From Chrysomallon squamiferum (taxonomy: Eukaryota > Animalia > Mollusca), in NCBI GenBank assembly GCA_012295275.1, contig CM022670.1, forward strand, positions 34,286,001 through 34,350,000: 64,000 bases of DNA. The letters run 5' to 3'. Each line of letters starts with the position of its first letter. Position 1 is the stretch's first letter. Made by a program: the position numbers and the translations under genes. Shown here one piece after another: positions 58,270 through 64,000 of the stretch. The notes beneath the pieces were generated by a model. The model was not told the origin of the DNA. It did not search any database and saw only the letters and a program-made list of their open reading frames with translations.

Positions 58270-58460
58270 TTAAAAGCATTTTGCTGGACACATAGTTTTA
58301 TTCCAGAAGAGCACAAACCAATCGTGTTTCTCTTGCTGGATGCAGTGATAGCCCATCCTCATCTTTGACAAAACTCTCTTGATCTAAAATACTCCTAAAA
58401 TATTCTCAGTTGATCTAAATGAGAGGATTAGCTGTTGTTTTTCCCCCTCATTTTACTTTG
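58270..58460 (+). mobile_element. Fossil fragment of a Tigger/pogo (DDE_1, Jerky/CENP-B-like) transposase
   Basis: 58270-58368 translates as LKAFCWTHSFIPEEHKPIVFLLLDAVIAHPHL* (compare F..WF...FIP...K.LLLLDNAPAHP). After frameshifts, ~58412-58457 reads DLNERISCCF-[L]PPHFT (compare DG.I.C.FLPPNTT). Confidence 0.55.
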
Positions 58461-58743
58461 TTTTTAGTGTTAACTTGAATGTGTGGATGATGAAACTGGG
58501 GACTTAAATAAGTTCAAATCGGGTGGATAATAATATACGGGGGGAAACATGGTTTAGTTCAATTAAAATAATAATAACAAGAAGAAGAAGAAGACGAAAA
58601 AGAAGAAGAAGAAGAAAGAAAGAAAGAAAGAAAAAAAGAAAGAAAGAATAATAATTAAACGATTTTTTTTTTTTTAACATTTGTGGAAGAAGGATTGGTA
58701 AACATTGGTTTAGTTCATAAATAAAAAATTTAAAAAATAAAAT

Positions 58744-58795
<52 letters not shown>

Positions 58796-59479
58796 TTTCA
58801 ATTAATGAAATGTGTTTTTAAATTACATTAAAGTTGCATATCAATATTTCGGTGGGACGGGGAAGGAATATTTCTCATCCATGAAGTAAGATAATTGCAA
58901 TCCAAAATTTATATAACGTAATGACGTAATAAAAAAAAAATCGATTGTTTGACGTCATTTGTTTAGAATAATTAGCTTGAAAACGGTAACAACGGTCATA
59001 TGAATTCCAGACGCCGAGCTGTAAACACTTACATCTGCAATTTACATTCTGGAGAATATTTATTTCCAGAGTTTTAAAAACTAACAACTGGATACAAAGA
59101 AAACAACACAAAGTATTGAATTATTCAAGTAATCAAAAGTTTAACGTTCCAAGATAAGAACTTTTGAAAAGAAATGAGTAAATTCATTGACTTGCGTAAA
59201 AATAATAAACCGTTATGGAATCCGAAACAGCATCACCATCAATCAAAGAAACATGAACTCTCAAAATCTGTGTTCATTTAGAAACATTACAAAGAAAAAA
59301 TTAAAACAGAAAATGCGAAAATAAGAAAGGATGGTTGAGGGACTAATGAGTTTGGAATTCACCCGCCATTGCAACCAAGAGGGGACCTACGACAGCGCGC
59401 TAAATGACCTGCATAGCAACCGATCTTCAGATCATGTAGATACCGACAGACAGACAGACGGATAGACTGACTGACAGTC

Positions 59480-60380
59480 AGAAAGACAGAAACATATATA
59501 CATACACATAAAAACAAACACACATACACACGTATACTTATTTATGTATACATGTATGTGTGTGTGTGTGTGTGTGTTTATATATATGTCTGTATCTATA
59601 TACACACATATATATATATATAAACATATAATATGTATGTATATATATTTATATACACACATATACATAAACTGATATATGTATATTTAAGAGATATATA
59701 CATACACACACATACACAAACACATATCCACGCGCGAATACACATACAGAAATATAAATATACCTATACATACGTGTATACAAAGACACACACAAAAGCG
59801 CATGTTTACGCACCCACACACACGCAAGCACGTTCATATGAACACATACAACTTAATACACAAATGAATATAAACACACATCCAGATATATATAAAAATA
59901 AAGACTTGTATACAATAGTACACTGAGACAAATACGAACACATGCACTCATACATACATATATATATATATGAATGTATATATACAAATGTACACGCCCA
60001 CGCACGCGCACACAAACATACCTATACACATGTATGAACATGGACATGCAGACCCACAAAAATACACGTGCATGCAAACAAAAAAGAATAAATATTTTTT
60101 AGTAACACAAGCATACACGTATACAGTCATACATACGTACCCAGTACACACAGATATACATGTACAAACGTACATACATATTATATACATAGTTACACAC
60201 TCATGCATTCGCACGTGTATCTGTATATGTATGTAACGTACAGAGAAACACGATAACTAAATAATTAGATATACGCACACCCAAAGAAAAGAACCAAAAT
60301 TGATAAAGCAACACATACACGTATACCAACACACACTTATATCTAAACAACGCATGCACGCACATACAGACAAACATACC
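59480..60380. repeat. Long degenerate (CA/TA/TACA) low-complexity tract
   Basis: About 900 bp of mostly alternating purine-pyrimidine simple sequence; it generates multiple H/T/Y/V/C-rich ORFs. Confidence 0.9.
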
Positions 60381-61502
60381 ACAATTTTCCAGTTTAAAAT
60401 AGTTGGGCATACTGTTTCCCACTATGCAGTTTCACATGTAATCAGTACCGTGATGCTTGCATCTCCTATCGAGCTTAAAACACAGCTCCCATTTCATCTA
60501 CTGATATTTTAATCCCCAAGTTCGAGGCGAATATTATAATGACTGAGCTTGAAACTGTAAGAGTAGAAAGTTTAAGAAAGGACAGCAATAATTATAGAAA
60601 AATAGTCACATACATTATGCTCGATAATATATATAATTATCGTTATTTTGAAAATGTTAAAACGATGCACGGTGATATATTTTATAGTCAGTGAATTTAA
60701 TTTTTCGTATTACCATTATCATCATCATCTTCATTATTATTATTTTTATAATCGTCATCGTTAACATTTATCATCATCATCGTTATTAATATCATCGTTA
60801 AGCATCGTCATTATTATCACCACGATCATCATATTCATTATCATCGTCGTCGTCGTTGTTGTTGTTGTTTGACCTGTCATTTATTTATGACTGTTTACAA
60901 CCAGAATTATGCCCACTCAGTCATTTGGTGATCTAGAAGTCTTTCGAATATGTTTCATAATCCAGCATTAATTGTTAGAATATCTGGTTGGTTCTTCCAT
61001 TCATTTGTTCATTTCTTACTGTTATAAAGTCTAATTATTTTCCTAATTTGTTAGTTTTGCCACCCTGGCTTTGCTTCTTTACAAAAGTCATATTTTAATC
61101 ATAAAGACAAATATCATTATAATTATTATGCTAACAAAACGCGCGTCTTTTTTTTTTTTTTTTGTCTGATTGTCAGTGATAAATCATTTAATGGGTTAAC
61201 TGAAAATGTGCGAGTGTTGAGTCTATTTATTTATCTGAATGACTTCTAGCACGAACTCCGAAAAATATTATGTAAGTATTGTGATGCTCTCTTGCACATG
61301 GCCCCCCTTGATGCAAAATCGTTTACAAAGCATTAAATGGACTAATTAATAAATCAGTAGAATGATCATGTTTAAACTGCTTCAAAAACATCGTGAGGAC
61401 TTTTTTTTGTTTGTTACGGTAGTGATGTTAAGAATGCAATTGTGCACGTACTCAAAACAACAAAGCTGAAAAATATACACATACAGGCAGATATACACAC
61501 GT

Positions 61503-61505
<3 letters not shown>

Positions 61506-61588
<83 letters not shown>
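61506..61588. repeat. (GA)n microsatellite
   Basis: Direct reading. Confidence 0.98.
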
Positions 61589-61592
<4 letters not shown>

Positions 61593-61819
61593 TATCAAGA
61601 ATGCAAGACGATTTCAGAATCCAAAACTAATGAAAGCGTCAGCATAATCTTCGAGATAATCTTCGAGAGGAAAATAATAATAATAAAGAAACAAACAAAC
61701 AAACAAACGAACGAACGAACGAACGAACGAACGAACGAACGAACGAACAAACAAATATAAACGGAGAAAACCAAACCTTTTAAAAAAATAATTAGTGTTT
61801 CATGTGATTATATCAGCTA

Positions 61820-61920
61820 CAACTTGCGGCAAGCGATCTTTCATATGAACCTTCCCACAGGCAGGAATGTACATACCAAGGCGTTTTGACAAGCAGGTCG
61901 CTGGGGCATTAAGTGGAGCA
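61820..61920 (-). mobile_element. Decayed SINE copy of the same family
   Basis: The revcomp reads CCTTGGTATGTACATTCCTGCCTGTGGGAAGGTTCATATGAAAGATCGCTTGCCGC, matching the 14540-14600 core. An (AAAC)/(GAAC) tract lies on its 3' side. Confidence 0.6.
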
Positions 61921-62634
61921 CATTATACGTAATGATGTAACCTGAACCTACGTGGGCTCATTGATCAGATATCCCTGTACCATACACCATTTGATACCGT
62001 ACAGAATGCAAGCAGATCTCCCGGGTTGATGCACGTATTTGAACAGATTAGTTTGTTAACTCTTTAATCGTTGAACCATGAATTTGTTTTGATAACATTG
62101 CCGAAATTCCCTCTAGGCGTCAGAAGAAGACGTCATTAATTATTACTTCTCATAACTTTTCGACCGATCTCTTAAATACAGCTTTGATAATACTACAGTA
62201 CTGGATTGTTAGCAAAAAAATAAAGTACGTTTTGGATTTTTTTTTTTTTTTTTTTTTTTTTGTGTGTTTGTTTATCTATATATATATATATATAAAACCA
62301 GATTTATAACCATTTCTGAAAATACTTAATTTTATTTTTATTTATTTATTTATTAATCTTTTATCATTCTTCCTATTATTTCCCTTTTTCTTTTTTCCTT
62401 TATATATTTATTTATTTATTTTTTATTTTCCATCTTCGTATTTTCTTATCTAAATCTTTTGCTGTAAAACAACACTCAGTTCAAACAAAATTGAATTACA
62501 CAGAAAATTAATGTTAATCTTTCATTATCCAAGATGCACTATCCAACAAACCAAAAAAAAAAAAAAATTTAATTAATCATTTTCAAAAATACTAATAAAA
62601 ATAATCCCGGGTTATACTTTAAAAAAAAATCACT

Positions 62635-63000
62635 TCCACGATGAAACTCCACACCCGTGAACTCCAAGATGTTTACGCCGAATTCGCCATCATCAACAGT
62701 TTAGTGTTGCACTTTTTGCACGGTCAGCTGCACGAGGTTTTGTCTCGTTGCCTCGGTCTCGCCGCACATCGCGCGCTATGTGCGAAACTCTCCGCGGGCC
62801 CCGACGCACACCGAGGTCAGCTCTAATCGGGAGAAATTAAGTCCGCAGACATTTCCCACAAACGGAGACGGGAGGGGACTCAGGGGGTGGTCTGTTCTTG
62901 CGCGGCCATATTTGACACCCCAGGTCGGAGTTTTAAGATTCATTTCAGTGCAGGCGTCCGGGGGATGTTGAGCAGATCGGAAGAAAACACCCTTGAAATG
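62635..63000. promoter_or_regulatory. GC/CpG-rich island; candidate promoter, enhancer or non-coding exon
   Basis: Sharp rise in GC and CpG over the AT-rich background, with no recognisable protein in any frame. Confidence 0.35.
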
Positions 63001-63127
63001 AGCGATAATGAAGACGAATGTATCATCATTTTCAGATAACGCGTATTCCCCCTCACTTACTGTTTTGTCCTTTAGCTTCACTGATCCAAGTAACTGATTG
63101 TTGATAGTTGCATTAGTTACTCGGGTC

Positions 63128-63230
63128 TTGGTAGCATGTGGGTCATGTCATCGATCTGGTGAGTTCGAATCTCCGTAGCTGATCATGTGACCGATAACAA
63201 AAAAAACAAAAAAATAAAAAAAATAAAAAT
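63128..63230 (+). mobile_element. Possible tRNA-derived SINE head remnant with A-rich tail
   Basis: B-box GTTCGAATC (63163-63171) in a GAG/CTC mini-stem, A-box-like TAGCATGTGG (63132-63141), then an A-rich tract. The box spacing is short and there is no cloverleaf. Confidence 0.25.
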
Positions 63231-63405
63231 CGCCAAAAAAACAAATAATAATAATAATAAAATCAAAACCAACAATAATAAGTTATCTACTAACTTTCTA
63301 ACTTATAACCAATTGAACGGTTCAAGTTTTGTATCAATAACTTGAACTTTGAGTGAATTTAAGTACAGCCTCCGGCCGATGACATAATCAGTATTTAAGA
63401 AAACA

Positions 63406-63451
<46 letters not shown>

Positions 63452-63519
63452 TGGATAAATTACCTCGTTAAAACCTTGTACTTAAGCCCCCTTGTTCTCA
63501 TATCAAACTAACGAATTTA

Positions 63520-63880
63520 GCTTGGAGGTGTTTTATTATTTTATTGTGCCAGTCTGAGTATACTGGCTGCTGTGATATGCTACAGTGTAAGTTGCGCAAT
63601 TCAGAAGTGTGGGATTGCCTGCCTAAGTCACTGTTAGGTTGTTAGTTCGTCAGATCAACCCAGCGATAGAATCAGTTTAGCGTCCTTGCTTTTCTGAAAA
63701 TACTACTTTTCAGGGATAGGTCCAAGGCTACTTTGGAGCAACATTTGTAACAAGGATGATGCTATCATATTATTTGATGACATACTGTAGAAGAAATTCG
63801 AGCACCTCTGGCATATAAATACATGCAGCATAATAAACGTTGGCTCAAAGCTGATAGTTCAATCAGTCTGCCATGAATAT
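63520..63880 (+). mobile_element. Possible heavily decayed LINE (CR1/L2-like) reverse-transcriptase fragment
   Basis: Collinear degenerate motifs across frames: KL..CGI (~63590-63616), SDR-QF (~63662), SGIGPRLL...SNICNKDDAIILF (63710-63775; compare GSVLGPLLF...YADD) and WLKAD (63841; compare W..AN.L.LN). Confidence 0.3.
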
Positions 63881-64000
63881 AAAAGTTGCTTGCTAAGCAA
63901 AAAAGGTGTGTTATATTTTTCAAAATTGTATGTACTAAACAATTTTCCTGAATTATATAAGTTAAGATCAAGACAAGCACACGCGAACTCTCCAGTGATT

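Noticed and set aside
63128-63200. Functional tRNA gene
   Set aside because: Only a B-box/T-loop is recognisable; there are no acceptor, D or anticodon stems.

Overview
This is AT-rich, microsatellite-dense animal genomic DNA, probably molluscan. The dispersed repeats recall gastropod SINE families; that is from memory, not a search. I can support only one protein-coding segment: a minus-strand exon (7248-7776, ATG at 7747) encoding the N-terminus and TM1-TM3 of a rhodopsin-like (class A) peptide GPCR. It ends at a phase-2 GT donor inside the Arg codon of the E/DRY motif, and the remaining exons appear to lie left of position 1. The other ~56 kb upstream of this exon is non-coding. It holds many SSRs, several minisatellites (about 27, 39, 42, 65, 83 and 130 bp units) and an intact 1122-bp non-autonomous hAT (Charlie-like) element with a perfect 8-bp TSD and an internal minisatellite. 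It also holds decayed SINE copies, probable Tigger/pogo and LINE-RT fossils, and GC/CpG-richer islands. Almost all other listed ORFs are simple-repeat artefacts. I found no convincing novel multi-gene system. The best leads are a candidate multi-branch structured RNA at about 50.9-51.1 kb (with similar islands at 52.5 and 62.7 kb), a double-uORF/AUGA arrangement at the GPCR start, and the minisatellite-carrying hAT element.
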